DNA from: Clostridia bacterium
Lineage (GTDB): Bacteria; Bacillota; Clostridia; UBA1212
Length of the DNA stretch: 64,000 nt
Direction of reading: 5' to 3'
Assembly (NCBI GenBank): GCA_017461545.1
Contig: JAFTXP010000017.1
Coordinates: 1,008 to 65,007 of the forward strand
Under the pieces are notes generated by a model that was not told where the DNA came from, ran no database searches, and was given only the letters and a program-made list of their open reading frames with translations. Made by a program: the position numbers and the translations under genes. This document shows, in pieces, positions 1 to 10,738 of this stretch (position 1 is the stretch's first letter; each line of letters begins with the position of its first letter).

Positions 1-1
1 C

Positions 2-820
2 AGAACAGCTGTATTGGGCGATACACTTGATATTGACTTCAAAGGACTTCTTGACGGAGAGTCTTTTGAGGGTGGTACTGCAGAAGGTCATTCACTTACA
101 CTCGGCTCTGGTCAATTTATTCCCGGATTTGAGGATCAGCTTGTAGGCGCAGGCGTAGGCGACGAGGTTAACGTAAACGTTACATTCCCAGAGGACTATC
201 ACGCAGAAGAACTCAAGGGTAAGCCGGTAGTATTCGAAGTAAAGGTTAACGGAATAAAGACAAGAGAGCTTCCCGAGATAAATGACGATTTTGCTTCAGA
301 CGTAAGTGAGTTTGAGACTCTTGACGAATACAAAGCTGATTTAAAGGCAAAAATGGCAGAAAAGAAAGCTACAGAGTCCAAACAGGCTATGGAAAACGAA
401 GTTATCGAAAAAGCTACAGCTAACGCAACTATCGACGTTCCCGAGTGCATGGTTGAGAGAAAAATCGACACTATGATAGAGAGATATAAGAACATGGTTG
501 CACAGCAGGTAGGTATTCCGTTTGATCAGTATGTTTCTATGTGCGGTCTCACAATTGAAGGCATGAGAAATGACCTCAGAGAAGGCGCAGAGAAGAATGT
601 ACGCGAGAGCCTTGTCCTCGAAGCTATTGCCAAAGCTGAAGATATCAAAGCGTCCGACGAGCAGATTGATGCTAAACTTGCAGAACTCGCAGAACAGTAC
701 AAGATGTCTTTGGACGAATTAAAAGAAAGAGTTACAGACACAGACCGCGCATACTTCGGTGATGAAATTGCAGTAGAACTCACTATTGCTTTCTTGCTTG
801 ACAGTGCCGTAAAGGCGTAA
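2..820 (+). CDS. tig: Trigger factor, C-terminal ~270 aa (5' end cut by window edge)
   Basis: Frame is open from position 2. FKBP-type PPIase segment [10 protein letters not shown]...[15 protein letters not shown] plus the C-terminal arm. Sits in the conserved tig-clpP-clpX order. Confidence 0.9.
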   Translation, partial: RTAVLGDTLDIDFKGLLDGESFEGGTAEGHSLTLGSGQFIPGFEDQLVGAGVGDEVNVNVTFPEDYHAEELKGKPVVFEVKVNGIKTRELPEINDDFASDVSEFETLDEYKADLKAKMAEKKATESKQAMENEVIEKATANATIDVPECMVERKIDTMIERYKNMVAQQVGIPFDQYVSMCGLTIEGMRNDLREGAEKNVRESLVLEAIAKAEDIKASDEQIDAKLAELAEQYKMSLDELKERVTDTDRAYFGDEIAVELTIAFLLDSAVKA

Positions 821-851
821 TATCCTTTGTATTGAAAGGAGGCGTATTTAT

Positions 852-1436
852 ATGCCGTTAGTGCCATATGTTGTGGAACAGACAAGTCGCGGAGAGAGAT
901 CATATGATATCTATTCCAGACTTCTGAATGACCGTATAATTGTGCTCAGCGATCAGGTGGATGACGCCACTGCGAGCGTTGTTGTGGCTCAGCTTTTATT
1001 CCTTGAGTCGGAAAATCCGGATAAAGATATTCAGTTCTTTATCAACAGTCCCGGCGGAAGTGTATCGGCAGGTTTTGCTATATACGATACGATGAAGTTT
1101 ATAAAATGTGATATATCTACTATATGTGTAGGACGTGCGGCCAGCATGGGAGCTTTTCTTCTTGCGGCCGGTACAAAAGGAAAGCGTCTTGCGTTGCCTA
1201 ACAGTGAGATAATGATTCATCAGCCTCTCGGCGGAATGAACGGTCAGGCTACGGATGTTAAGATTGCCGCGGACCATATTGTTAACACAAAGAATAAAAT
1301 AAACCGTATACTGAGCGAAGTTACGGGACAGCCGTTTGATAAGATTGTGGCGGACACAGACCGTGACAATTATATGTCAGCGGAGGAAGCTATGAAATAC
1401 GGCCTTATTGACCGTGTCATAGAAAAAAGAGATTGA
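852..1436 (+). CDS. clpP: ATP-dependent Clp protease proteolytic subunit
   Basis: 194 aa. Motifs [24 protein letters not shown] (active-site Ser) and [11 protein letters not shown] aaggagg lies upstream. Confidence 0.97.
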   Translation: MPLVPYVVEQTSRGERSYDIYSRLLNDRIIVLSDQVDDATASVVVAQLLFLESENPDKDIQFFINSPGGSVSAGFAIYDTMKFIKCDISTICVGRAASMGAFLLAAGTKGKRLALPNSEIMIHQPLGGMNGQATDVKIAADHIVNTKNKINRILSEVTGQPFDKIVADTDRDNYMSAEEAMKYGLIDRVIEKRD

Positions 1437-1450
1437 TTTTTATGCTGCTG

Positions 1451-1488
1451 CAGCAATCTGCGTCCGAAATGATGCAGATTGCTGTTTA
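1451..1488 (+). terminator. Hairpin after clpP (possible attenuating terminator)
   Basis: cagcaatctgc / gcagattgctg 11-bp stem followed by ttt. Confidence 0.45.
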
Positions 1489-1594
1489 GTATGTATATGA
1501 GACTGTAGATTTTTGCAGAAATTTCTGTTAATCTATCTAAAAATGTTATAAATTCTGAAAGGAGAGACATGTGTTTTACATGTCATTTGTATAG

Positions 1595-2980
1595 ATGCCA
1601 AAAATGGAAGACAGCCAGATCAGATGTTCCTTTTGCGGGAAAAAAGAAGCGCAGGTAAAAAGACTCATCGCAGGTCCAGGTGTATGTATTTGTGATGAAT
1701 GTGTAGACCTCTGCTGCGATATTTTGTATGAAGAGTTCGGCGACGAAGATGAGTCCGGTATAAAAGAAAGAGGCGAAAGAGGTTCGATGAGGCTCTTAAA
1801 ACCTGCTGATATAAAGAAAGCATTGGATGAATACGTCATAGGTCAGGACAGTGCCAAAAAAGCTCTTGCTGTTGCTGTTTATAACCACTACAAGAGGATT
1901 GAAGACAGTGCTGAGCTGAGAGAAGTAAAAGACAAAAAGAAAAAGAAAACAGATGAGACAGATGAGAAGTTTGAAAATCCTCTTGCAGGCGTAGAACTGT
2001 CCAAAAGTAATGTTCTTCTTATAGGTCCCACAGGTGTAGGTAAAACTTATCTTGCTCAGACCCTGGCAAGAATATTGAATGTTCCTTTTGCCATTGCTGA
2101 TGCTACATCACTTACAGAAGCAGGTTATGTGGGTGAAGATGTAGAAAACATTTTACTAAGACTGATTCAGGCCGCAGACGGAGATATAGAACAGGCTGAA
2201 CGCGGAATTGTTTTTATAGACGAAATTGATAAAATTTCAAAGAAAAGCGACAATCCGTCTATCACAAGAGATGTAAGCGGTGAGGGAGTTCAGCAGGCGC
2301 TTCTTAAAATATTAGAAGGTACTATTGCATCTGTTCCGCCGCAAGGAGGAAGAAAGCATCCTCATCAGGAGTTTTTACAGATAGACACTACAAATATTTT
2401 GTTTATATGCTCAGGTGCATTTGACGGTATGCCGAAGATTATAGAAAGCCGTCTCGGAAAGAATACAATAGGTTTTTCCGGAAAGGTTCGCTCCGAAGAA
2501 AATACAGACACTGACGAGCTCTTGTCAAGGCTTGAGCCGCAGGATTTGCTGAAGTTCGGTCTGATTCCGGAGTTTATCGGTCGTGTACCGTCTATCGTGA
2601 CATTACAGTCACTTGATAAGGCTGCGCTCAAAAGAATTCTTACCGAACCTAGAAATGCACTTATTAAGCAATATCAAAAATTACTTGCATACGATGAAGT
2701 TATTCTCGAATTTGATGATGCGGCTATCGATGCCATAACAGAAGTGGCACTTTCAAGAAAGACAGGTGCAAGAGGTCTTCGAGCGATTATAGAGAGTGTC
2801 ATGACGGATGTTATGTTTAACGTTCCTTCTATTGACAATGTCGAAAAGTGTATAGTTACAAAGGAGACTGTCGAAAACGGTGCGCAACCTACATTGGTAT
2901 ATTCCGGCGCGAAGAAATCAAAGAAGAAAGAGAAGAAAAACACAGAAACGCCGGACGGTGCTGAGGGGGCAGGCGCATGA
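1595..2980 (+). CDS. clpX: ATP-dependent Clp protease ATP-binding subunit ClpX
   Basis: N-terminal zinc-binding CSFCGK...CICDEC, Walker A GPTGVGKT, Walker [10 protein letters not shown], and the GARGLR sensor motif. Confidence 0.97.
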   Translation: MPKMEDSQIRCSFCGKKEAQVKRLIAGPGVCICDECVDLCCDILYEEFGDEDESGIKERGERGSMRLLKPADIKKALDEYVIGQDSAKKALAVAVYNHYKRIEDSAELREVKDKKKKKTDETDEKFENPLAGVELSKSNVLLIGPTGVGKTYLAQTLARILNVPFAIADATSLTEAGYVGEDVENILLRLIQAADGDIEQAERGIVFIDEIDKISKKSDNPSITRDVSGEGVQQALLKILEGTIASVPPQGGRKHPHQEFLQIDTTNILFICSGAFDGMPKIIESRLGKNTIGFSGKVRSEENTDTDELLSRLEPQDLLKFGLIPEFIGRVPSIVTLQSLDKAALKRILTEPRNALIKQYQKLLAYDEVILEFDDAAIDAITEVALSRKTGARGLRAIIESVMTDVMFNVPSIDNVEKCIVTKETVENGAQPTLVYSGAKKSKKKEKKNTETPDGAEGAGA

Positions 2981-3780
2981 AATTTATATATGCACTTATT
3001 TTGGGAATCGTACAGGGCGTAACGGAGTTCTTGCCGGTAAGCAGTTCAGGTCATATGATATTGTTCAAACATCTTTTTGATATTGACACGGAAATGTTCG
3101 GCTTGCCGTTTGATATAGCAGTTCATGTAGCGACACTTATAGCTGTGTTCGTTGCATTCAGAGAACAGATATTTGCTCTCATAAAAAAACCTTTCCAAAA
3201 ATATGTGTATCTGATTGTCATAGCAACGATTCCGGCCGTTATAGTAGGTTTGTTCTTCAATGATTTTATTGATGAAATTTCAGCCAGCGGCGGACTCTTG
3301 GGCATATCCTTTATCGTTACGTCGATAGTACTCATCATTGCCGAAAAAGTCGGAAAAAGAGTAAAAGATGACGATGAGATAAAGTACACAGATGCAGGTG
3401 TTATAGGAATTGCACAGGGCATTGCAGTAATGCCCGGCATATCCAGATCCGGAAGCACACTTGCAGCAGGTCTTATTATGGGTTTGAAAAAAGAGACTGC
3501 GCTTTCTTTTGCATTTATTATGTCAATTCCCGTAATTCTGGGTTCTGCTGTTTTAGGTGTTAAAGATGTAATTCAGGACCCTGCAAATTTTGATGTCATG
3601 GCGACATTGGTCGGAATGATTGCAGCTGGACTTTCCGGATATGCTTCCATAAAATTCATGCTGGATTTCTTCAAAAAAAGAAGCCTTATATGGTTCTCTG
3701 CTTACGTTGGCATATTGGGTGTGCTCGTAGTGTTTGACCAGCTTGTTACAAATATATTTTTTGAAGTGTTTATTGTGTGA
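2977..3780 (+). CDS. uppP: Undecaprenyl-diphosphate phosphatase
   Basis: N-terminus [17 protein letters not shown] and [10 protein letters not shown], the BacA/UppP signatures. Multi-pass membrane protein. ATGA overlap with the clpX stop. Confidence 0.93.
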   Translation: MKFIYALILGIVQGVTEFLPVSSSGHMILFKHLFDIDTEMFGLPFDIAVHVATLIAVFVAFREQIFALIKKPFQKYVYLIVIATIPAVIVGLFFNDFIDEISASGGLLGISFIVTSIVLIIAEKVGKRVKDDDEIKYTDAGVIGIAQGIAVMPGISRSGSTLAAGLIMGLKKETALSFAFIMSIPVILGSAVLGVKDVIQDPANFDVMATLVGMIAAGLSGYASIKFMLDFFKKRSLIWFSAYVGILGVLVVFDQLVTNIFFEVFIV

Positions 3781-3856
3781 GAAATTCATGATATAATTAA
3801 GCGTAAAATAATTTATTTAAGATATACAGCTTTTTTGCGAAAGGAGATTTTGAAAA

Positions 3857-4999
3857 ATGAGCAGAAGACTTTTTACTTCAGAATCAGTTACTGAGGGACA
3901 TCCCGATAAAATATGCGATCAGATTTCAGATAATATACTTGATGCATTGCTTGCAGAAGATCCGTATTCACGTGTTGCGTGTGAGGTTACTGCAGCTACC
4001 GGACAAATTCTTATTATGGGAGAGGTTACAACAAAGGCGAAAATCGATTATGCCGAGATTGCCCGTAATGTTGTAAGAAATATAGGATACACAAGCTCAG
4101 AGATGGGTTTTGACGCAGATACATGTTCAGTTCTCAACTGTCTGCATTCACAGTCACCTGATATTGCCATGGGTGTTGACGTAGACGGTGCAGGCGACCA
4201 GGGTATGATGTTCGGATATGCTTCGGACGAAACACCGGAATATATGCCTATGCCTATTGCTTTAGCGCACAAATTGAGCCGCAGACTTACAGAGGTCAGA
4301 AAAAACGGCACACTTCCGTATCTCAGAGCGGACGGAAAGAGCCAGGTTACTGTAGAGTACGATGAGAACGGCAAAGCTGTCAGGATTGATGCGGTAGTTA
4401 TTTCTTCACAGCATTCAGCAGATGTCACTATTGAGCAGATCAGAGAGGATATAAAAAAGCATGTTATCGAAGCTATAATCCCTGCCAATATGATAGATGA
4501 AGATACAAAGATTTATGTAAATCCCACAGGTAGATTTGTAATCGGCGGACCTTACGGAGATTCAGGTCTTACGGGACGTAAGATTATAGTTGATACATAC
4601 GGCGGCATGGGTCGTCACGGCGGCGGTGCTTTCTCCGGAAAGGATCCGACGAAAGTTGACAGAAGCGCAGCTTATATGGCTCGTTATATTGCTAAGAATA
4701 TTGTTGCCGCAGGTCTTGCAAAACGTTGCGAAGTACAGCTTGCATACGCAATCGGTGTTCCGTATCCTGTTTCTGTACGTGTTGATACATTTGACACGGA
4801 GAAGATTCCTGTTACAAAGATAGAGCAGATTGTATGTGATAACTTTGATATGACACCTAAGGGTATCATTAATCATTTCGAACTTCGCCGTCCGATTTAT
4901 GCACAGACTGCAGCATACGGACATTTCGGAAGAACGGATATTGAACTTCCGTGGGAGAAGCTTGATATGGTGGACAAGCTCAAATCTGCAGCTGTTTGA
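3857..4999 (+). CDS. metK: S-adenosylmethionine synthase
   Basis: [32 protein letters not shown] and [16 protein letters not shown] signatures. Confidence 0.98.
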   Translation: MSRRLFTSESVTEGHPDKICDQISDNILDALLAEDPYSRVACEVTAATGQILIMGEVTTKAKIDYAEIARNVVRNIGYTSSEMGFDADTCSVLNCLHSQSPDIAMGVDVDGAGDQGMMFGYASDETPEYMPMPIALAHKLSRRLTEVRKNGTLPYLRADGKSQVTVEYDENGKAVRIDAVVISSQHSADVTIEQIREDIKKHVIEAIIPANMIDEDTKIYVNPTGRFVIGGPYGDSGLTGRKIIVDTYGGMGRHGGGAFSGKDPTKVDRSAAYMARYIAKNIVAAGLAKRCEVQLAYAIGVPYPVSVRVDTFDTEKIPVTKIEQIVCDNFDMTPKGIINHFELRRPIYAQTAAYGHFGRTDIELPWEKLDMVDKLKSAAV

Positions 5000-5026
5000 T
5001 TAAAAAATAATATTTGATTATGTCCG

Positions 5027-5066
5027 GCGGCGGTTTGCATAGTTGTTTTGCGAACCGCCGCTGTTT
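5027..5066 (+). terminator. Rho-independent terminator after metK
   Basis: GC-rich stem gcggcggtt / aaccgccgc followed by tgttt. Confidence 0.6.
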
Positions 5067-5318
5067 AGAAATTTTTCAGTATAATATTATGGAGAGTTTT
5101 GATACAACATTTTATATATGTGAAAGGCTTTCTAAGAGGTTGCGGCGGAACTTTGACCGATACCGAGATTGAATTTTTGCCTGAAGGTGCGCGAATATGA
5201 TGACCATAATCCAGTGTGTTGCAACGCGTAATTTAAGCTTGTCGATGAGATTGAAGCGGCATGGGATAACATGAAGAAAATTGCAGAAAAATATAAATGA
5301 TTCGGGCGGTGAAAACGT

Positions 5319-6398
5319 TTGATTATTAAAAATGCGAAACTTGAAAAATCTGTTGCAGATATAAAAATTGAAAACGGTGTAATTACCGGAATCGGTGATT
5401 TCACAGGGGATGAGGAAATTGATGCGGCAGGCAGAAAGGTCATTCCCGGTCTTATTGATATACATGTTCACGGCTTTGGAGGCTACGATACCTCTGATAT
5501 AGGCAGACTCGGTGATATAAGCGTAAAACTTGCCGAAGCAGGTACTACGTCATGGCTTCCGACTACGATGACGGACAGCATTGAAAATCTGATAAAGGTG
5601 ACAAATCAACCTCTTGCGCCTGACGGAGCAAACATTATAGGCTTTCACCTCGAAGGTCCATATATTTCAAAGAAACGCAAAGGTGCGCAAAACGAAAAGT
5701 ATATAAAGAATCCGGATACGGAAGAGTTTAGAAAACTAAAAAACGTCAACATTGTGACGGTTGCACCGGAGCTTTGCGGAGCAGAGAAATTTATTAAAAA
5801 TTGTAATGCTGTTGTTTCGATAGGTCATACCGACTGCGATTACAGTACTGCGGTTAAGGCGATTGAAGCAGGTGCCATGTGCCTTACCCATACATTTGAC
5901 GCAATGCCGCCTATGCTTCACCGTGAGCCCGGACCGATAGGCGCCGCCTTTGAAAAGGGCATATATGCGGAAGTTATCTGTGACGGCAGACATGTCTCAA
6001 AGACTGTGTTTTTAGCTTTATACAAAATGTTTACAAGCGACAGGCTGATACTTATAAGTGATGCAATTCGTCCGGCAGGTCTTGAGGACGGCAAGTATTC
6101 TTCGGGAGGTCTTGATGTCCATATGAACGGAGGTGTTCTTACACTCAAAGACGGAACTCTTGCAGGCGGCTCTGGTTCGCTTCTTGACGGAGTAAAAAAG
6201 GCTGTCAGCTTCGGTGTTGATTTTTATGAGGCGGTAAAAATGGCGTCGCAGACTCCTGCGGATCTGTTAAAGCTTAACAAGGGAAGAATCGAAAAAGGAT
6301 ACGACGCGGATTTAGTTATACTTAATGATGATTTGAACGTTCGGGATGTGATTGTCGGCGGAAAAGTGTTCAAATCAAAAATTCTCCGAAATGTGTAA
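5319..6398 (+). CDS. nagA: N-acetylglucosamine-6-phosphate deacetylase
   Basis: TTG start. MIIKNAKL..., PGLIDIHVHGFGGYD metal-binding motif, HLEGPYIS, and HTFDAMP/HREPG. Confidence 0.9.
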   Translation: MIIKNAKLEKSVADIKIENGVITGIGDFTGDEEIDAAGRKVIPGLIDIHVHGFGGYDTSDIGRLGDISVKLAEAGTTSWLPTTMTDSIENLIKVTNQPLAPDGANIIGFHLEGPYISKKRKGAQNEKYIKNPDTEEFRKLKNVNIVTVAPELCGAEKFIKNCNAVVSIGHTDCDYSTAVKAIEAGAMCLTHTFDAMPPMLHREPGPIGAAFEKGIYAEVICDGRHVSKTVFLALYKMFTSDRLILISDAIRPAGLEDGKYSSGGLDVHMNGGVLTLKDGTLAGGSGSLLDGVKKAVSFGVDFYEAVKMASQTPADLLKLNKGRIEKGYDADLVILNDDLNVRDVIVGGKVFKSKILRNV

Positions 6399-6455
6399 AT
6401 TTGCTGTTGACATTGAAGCGATATTTGTTTATAATCAGCCTTGCTTTCAGCAAAA

Positions 6456-6529
6456 GGGCCATTAGCTCAGTTGGTTAGAGCAACCGGCTCATAACCGGTC
6501 GGTCCGGGGTTCGAGTCCCTGATGGCCCA
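6456..6529 (+). tRNA. tRNA with CAT anticodon (Met, or lysidine-dependent Ile2; not separable by eye)
   Basis: Cloverleaf readable: acceptor gggccat/atggccc, D-arm agctcagttggttagagc, anticodon loop ct-CAT-aa, T-arm ggggttcgagtccc. No encoded CCA. Confidence 0.9.
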
Positions 6530-6540
6530 TAAATCAGTAA

Positions 6541-6570
6541 CCAGTCCAAACGGACTGGTTTTTCTTTTTT
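6541..6570 (+). terminator. Rho-independent terminator after tRNA
   Basis: ccagtcc-aaac-ggactgg stem-loop followed by a T-run tttttctttttt. Confidence 0.8.
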
Positions 6571-6650
6571 CTGACAATGTGACATGATAAATATAGGTTT
6601 TAAATGAGATTTTATTTAAATTACAATAAGAAGTACATAGGAGGCTCTTA

Positions 6651-6995
6651 TTGGAAGCGGTTCAGCCGGATAAAAAGATCAAGTGCATCGGCTCTATAGA
6701 TGTTGTTAAAGGCGTCGCAATTTTTCTTATTTAGCTTTATTAGAAGCAAAATTATTTATGTCGGAACTTTAACTTTCAGTATCTTCATACTGCACGAGCC
6801 TTTACTGCAAGAGGTGTTCATGTGAATACTCGGCAAATTCGGAATTACGGCATATGATTTTGGACGGTATTCATCGCTTCGTTTGTAATCCTTATTATCT
6901 GCTATCTGATAATCCGTGTAATAAACCGATTTGCACCTTAGCTTCTCGGAAGATTTCATGATCTTGACGCTCCGAAGATGAAAGAGATTAAGTAA
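6651..6995 (+). pseudogene. Decayed acyltransferase-3 family gene remnant
   Basis: After SD aggagg, a TTG opens MEAVQPDKKIKCIGSIDVVKGVAIFLI then a stop; this is the typical acyltransferase_3 N-terminus. Downstream shifted frames read SIFILHEPLLQ and TVFIASFVILIICYLIIRVINRFAP*LLGRF...KEIK*, which look like the C-terminal TM and tail. The central ~250 aa are missing. Confidence 0.55.
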
Positions 6996-7070
6996 TAAAT
7001 CCTGTAAAACGGAGTTGATTTTTGTTGCGGTAATATAATGTATTGCAAATAAGGTTATAACAATTAAAAA

Positions 7071-7109
7071 GCAAAATCCAAAATACTGAAAATTTGGATT
7101 TTGCTTTTT
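7071..7109 (+). terminator. Rho-independent terminator
   Basis: gcaaaatccaaa / tttggattttgc 12-bp stem followed by ttttt. Confidence 0.65.
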
Positions 7110-7612
7110 ATGCACATAAAATATCTTATCGGTCAAAGTGATTTCTAAATGTTTCTATAGCGATATTTCATTAAATGTGCTATGCTTGAGGTACAATAGG
7201 GACAAAAACATGCTAATCTTACCTTATTTTATTAAAAAAAATAAGGTAAGGCAGGAATAGCCATCATACTTTTGGCAAGTTTACGGCTTAAAAACAAAGT
7301 TTTCAACTGCATTTTCTTTGGTATGATTTTCAATGTGCCAGTATGATTTTTGTCATACCTTAAATTTGTGAAATTTATTTTAAATAAAAAGCGTAAAACA
7401 GACCTTGAAACAGAATTTTTTCTGCTTCTGGGTTTGTTTTTTGTATTTAATAAATTTAAAAAATTTTAAAAAATATAATTTAACCCTGACACTAGTTTTC
7501 AGGGTTAAATTATAAAATATGCTTGCAACTGTAAGAAATCGGGACGCTGATTTCGTAAAAATAGTTACATTTTAATCAAAAACAAAAAATTAAAAATAAG
7601 GAGGAATATAAA

Positions 7613-7681
7613 ATGAAAACTATTTTCGGTGTTAGTTCAGCTACACCTATTAACAAAAAGCTGAAGAACGGTTATACATAA
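7613..7681 (+). CDS. Candidate 22-aa small ORF (MKTIFGVSSATPINKKLKNGYT)
   Basis: Canonical SD aaggagg 8 nt upstream of the ATG. Below the ORF-track cutoff. No recognisable family. Overlaps the 3' end of the convergent DUF1906 ORF. Confidence 0.25.
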   Translation: MKTIFGVSSATPINKKLKNGYT

Positions 7682-8099
7682 ATACAGCACCAAAGTAATC
7701 AACATCCTTTGTTGCCTGTACAAAGTGACTGCACTGACGGTCAAAGTTAAAGTTTTTAGAAGAATCGGTATTACCAATAAATGCGGGTACATAACCGTTT
7801 TCTGAAATTGTCTGTGCAAAGGAAATCATCCAGTTGTGGTTTATACTCCATTCAGGTTTAATTTCTGCAAATAAGGCAATACCCACGTTCTGAGGAACAC
7901 CTAACTCTTTTGCGGTTTCAACTGCTCTAAAAGCATCTAACGTACCATTTGCAGTAGAAACCTGTATTTCGGTAAGGTCACGAATAACCAAACCTATTTT
8001 GCAGTCCTTCGACTTTAAGAACTCAATTTCTTCTGCAGTGATTTTATCTTCACCGCAAAGAGTTCTCATACAAAACGTGGGAAAGCCTTTCTGTCTCAT
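7650..8099 (-). CDS. DUF1906 (Rv2525c-like glycoside-hydrolase fold) domain protein, probably N-terminally truncated
   Basis: GFPTFCMRTL...ITAEEIEFLKSKDCKIGLV...ANGTLDAFRAVETAKELGVPQNVGIALFAEI...ENGYVPAFIGN follows the DUF1906 pattern. About 30-40 N-terminal aa are missing. The upstream in-frame continuation is interrupted by a stop. Confidence 0.55.
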   Translation of the reverse strand: MRQKGFPTFCMRTLCGEDKITAEEIEFLKSKDCKIGLVIRDLTEIQVSTANGTLDAFRAVETAKELGVPQNVGIALFAEIKPEWSINHNWMISFAQTISENGYVPAFIGNTDSSKNFNFDRQCSHFVQATKDVDYFGAVFMYNRSSAFC

Positions 8100-8303
8100 T
8101 ATCCAATCATATTATGGCGACCGAGCCAAAATGTGACAGTATGCCTGAAGAGTGGGCACCCTATTGTCCTTCTGCATTACAGCCCGAGGATATGCACCTT
8201 TGGTGTTGCGGTACGACTACCTTTGATTTTATAGGGGTAGAAGATGTATACGCTAAGGACGATGAAGTCCTTGAAAAAATGTGGTAAAGGAGGTATAATA
8301 AAA

Positions 8304-9353
8304 ATGAACAAGAAACAGTATAATAATGTAATTGAAAATACTTTAAAGCACGAACTTTCTGCACAGACAGATGATTCCCTTAGCGTTGCAAGAGCCATAT
8401 TTGACAATATGGGCGTTGCTTTACCGCAGGGTGATATTAAGACTGTTTATGAAACCATAAAAACCAATAACTATATGGGTTGGAAGTCTTGCACTATGCA
8501 AGAAGCACAAGCTGCGGCTGACCGAGGTGTAGCTGCCATCGGTATAAGTGAAGACAAAATTGTAGTTCTTTCTGCAAACGATGAGGAACAGCCTGTAGCA
8601 CAAACCGCATCAGTTATGACGCTTTCTGAAAATACTTCTGCTTTTGCGGTTGAAGGTATGCAGTATTATTCGTATAGTTATGGCGGAACAACTTGCCAAG
8701 GTGGTAGTGGCACCTGTTCAAATAACAGATACAAAAGAGAAGATGCCGTTGCTTATGCAAGAGAATATGCTAATTCGACCGGACCTAACTATGTAAATTT
8801 TGGGGACCCTGTGTTTGCGGCAATATATCTTGCTCAATATGGAACATGGACCGGAATGGCAGACTGTGCAAACTTCGTTTCACAGTGTTTAGTTGCCGGA
8901 GGATTGAAAATGAACGATGATTGGTATTTTTATCAACATATAAATACTGCGGTTGCATTGCCAGGGATTACCGATATTTATTACCGTGATAAAGACGGTG
9001 TATTAGTTAGTTATCCTATCAGTTATTATTTTTCGGCACCATGGACTACTGCAAGTGCACAATATGAATATTTCTCAAATACAGCAAATGGATATACTTC
9101 CACGAATGTTATCAAAATCAGATCAATTTGCGATATTGAATATGCAGTTTCACATTAAAATATTCAACCAGGCGATTTAATGTATTTTTCCAGCGATGGC
9201 GGTCAAACTGTTTATCATGCAACAATAATCAGTGATGTAACAAACAATGATATTAAATTTTGTGCGCATACAACGGGACGTAAGGATAAAAAATTATCAG
9301 AAGTTCTCGGAAATGAGACAGTGGTAATTGTTAGACTTAATGATAGGATATAA
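8304..9353 (+). pseudogene. Amidase_6-type putative cell-wall amidase interrupted by an in-frame TAA (9156..9158)
   Basis: SD aaaggagg before the ATG at 8304. The domain reads YKREDAVAYAREYA...DCANFVSQCLVAGG...W...AVSH-TAA-NIQPGDLMYFSSDGGQTVYHATII...CAHTTGRKD. The same frame continues across the stop to a TAA at 9351..9353. Confidence 0.7.
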
Positions 9354-9421
9354 ATAGAAATATTCTAATTGATATAACTTATTGTTACAATTCCGGATAA
9401 TTTATAATAGGGGGCGATTTT

Positions 9422-9814
9422 TTGTTAAAGTTTTCTTTTAATTTTAAGAAAGTGTTTTTAATCGTTTTAATTGTATTTATTGCTTTATATACGATAATGG
9501 TTTTGAACACAAACTCTGTTATAAGATATGCAAAATCGGTTTTTCTCGGCGAAATTTCTTTAGAAGAAGTTGTTGATACGCCACTATACAGATATTATCC
9601 CAAAGACCTCGAAATAGCAACAACCGATTTAAGTATTAATAGGATATTTGTTGCTCATAATTTTAAGGAAGGATATATTTGGGTAAAATATGACGAAGAG
9701 CGAATGGATTCTTCTGGAAACATACTTAGTGGCTCGTGGGATGCTGTATCAAGATGGAAGATACATAAAGAAAACGGTGAATGGAAAGTTATTGAAATAA
9801 AAGAAGCCCCCTAA
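9422..9814 (+). CDS. Hypothetical N-terminally membrane-anchored protein
   Basis: 130-aa ORF with a TTG start and one N-terminal TM (VFLIVLIVFIALYTIMVL). No family recognised. A terminator follows. Confidence 0.55.
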   Translation: MLKFSFNFKKVFLIVLIVFIALYTIMVLNTNSVIRYAKSVFLGEISLEEVVDTPLYRYYPKDLEIATTDLSINRIFVAHNFKEGYIWVKYDEERMDSSGNILSGSWDAVSRWKIHKENGEWKVIEIKEAP

Positions 9815-9817
9815 GCA

Positions 9818-9855
9818 CTGAACAAGTCCGTTTTAACGGACTTGTTCAGTCTTTC
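9818..9855 (+). terminator. Rho-independent terminator
   Basis: ctgaacaagtccg / cggacttgttcag 13-bp perfect stem, then tctttcc. Confidence 0.7.
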
Positions 9856-9990
9856 CTTATCTTTCTTTATTTCAGAGAAACCTATTTTATTTCCATTTTG
9901 ATATATATATCAAAATATGCTGTAATTGTAAAAAACATAAATTTGTCTCTATTTTGACACAACCATAAATTTATGCAAGAGGTGAAGTTT

Positions 9991-10647
9991 ATGACAGATA
10001 TTTTGTTGTTGGGAACTTATCATTTCGACGGAGAAAAAATAAATTTTGGTCTAGAAGAAGTACAAGCACAGATTGATTCGTTTTGCCGTAGAATGGCAGG
10101 GTTTTCTCCGGATGCTGTGGCTGTTGAACTTGATAAAGCTAAATACGGCGACAAAGTGTATATTTCAAACGATAATTGGAGATGCAATATATCAAATGAA
10201 GCTTTTTCGGTCGGCGGTCGTATTGCATCTTTTTCAGGCTTGGAATATATATGTCCCGTTGATAAAGTACTTACATTAAATTCTGATATGCTAAGCGATG
10301 AGAGCATGAAACTTGTTATGCCGAGGATGAACTTTTTAAAGAAATTAGAAGAGATAAGCGATATCAGAAAAAAGCATTTGTTTATTAACAGTGCAGAGTA
10401 TAGGTTGCAAGACGCAAATATGTATCTGGATATAAATTCAATGAACCGGGATGGCGATTATTTTGAGTCCCGATGTCTTGCCGATTGGTATTTAAGAAAC
10501 TTATGTATTTTTTCAAACATCCAAAAACTTTCTGAAGAACACGATAGAATTCTTGTTCTTTACGGAGCAGGACATGTTCCGATTTTAAAGGATTTAATAG
10601 ATGCTTCTGACCGAATGAATTGGATTGATCCGAATTTATATTTATAA
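9991..10647 (+). CDS. Hypothetical protein, DUF5694-like (LLLGTYHF motif)
   Basis: SD gaggtg sits before the ATG at 9991. N-terminal ILLLGTYHF...PDAVAVE and C-terminal LVLYGAGHV resemble the DUF5694/ChaN-like pattern. Assignment is by memory only. Confidence 0.5.
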   Translation: MTDILLLGTYHFDGEKINFGLEEVQAQIDSFCRRMAGFSPDAVAVELDKAKYGDKVYISNDNWRCNISNEAFSVGGRIASFSGLEYICPVDKVLTLNSDMLSDESMKLVMPRMNFLKKLEEISDIRKKHLFINSAEYRLQDANMYLDINSMNRDGDYFESRCLADWYLRNLCIFSNIQKLSEEHDRILVLYGAGHVPILKDLIDASDRMNWIDPNLYL

Positions 10648-10738
10648 ATTTAATATATCTTTTTAAACATATAAGGAAACTACGAACTGCAAAAGTTAAG
10701 TGTTTGTTTTTATATGATATAAGATTGGAATTGATAAA

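Noticed and set aside
199-903. Minus-strand ORFs 199..495 and 526..903 from the track
   Set aside because: They lie antisense within tig and the tig-clpP junction, have a low-complexity S-rich translation and no SD. The plus-strand genes have unambiguous family motifs.
5100-5318. Possible decayed coding remnant upstream of nagA (frames read ...GCGGTLTDTEIEFLPEGAR, EYDDHNPVCCNA*, FKLVDEIEAAWDNMKKIAEKYK*)
   Set aside because: The fragments look protein-like, but I cannot assign a family or a consistent frame path. The minus-strand track ORFs here (5112..5471 and 5132..5443) overlap the nagA start and look spurious. Left unannotated.
6756-7136. 126-aa minus-strand ORF
   Set aside because: It runs antisense through the acyltransferase relic and a terminator hairpin. 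It has no SD and unremarkable composition, so it is most likely a chance ORF in AT-rich DNA.
8161-8407. Short minus-strand ORFs and the 8244 start of the amidase ORF
   Set aside because: The ATG at 8304 has a canonical aaaggagg SD. The upstream extension (MYTLRTMKSLKKCGKGGIIK) and the antisense ORFs have no support.
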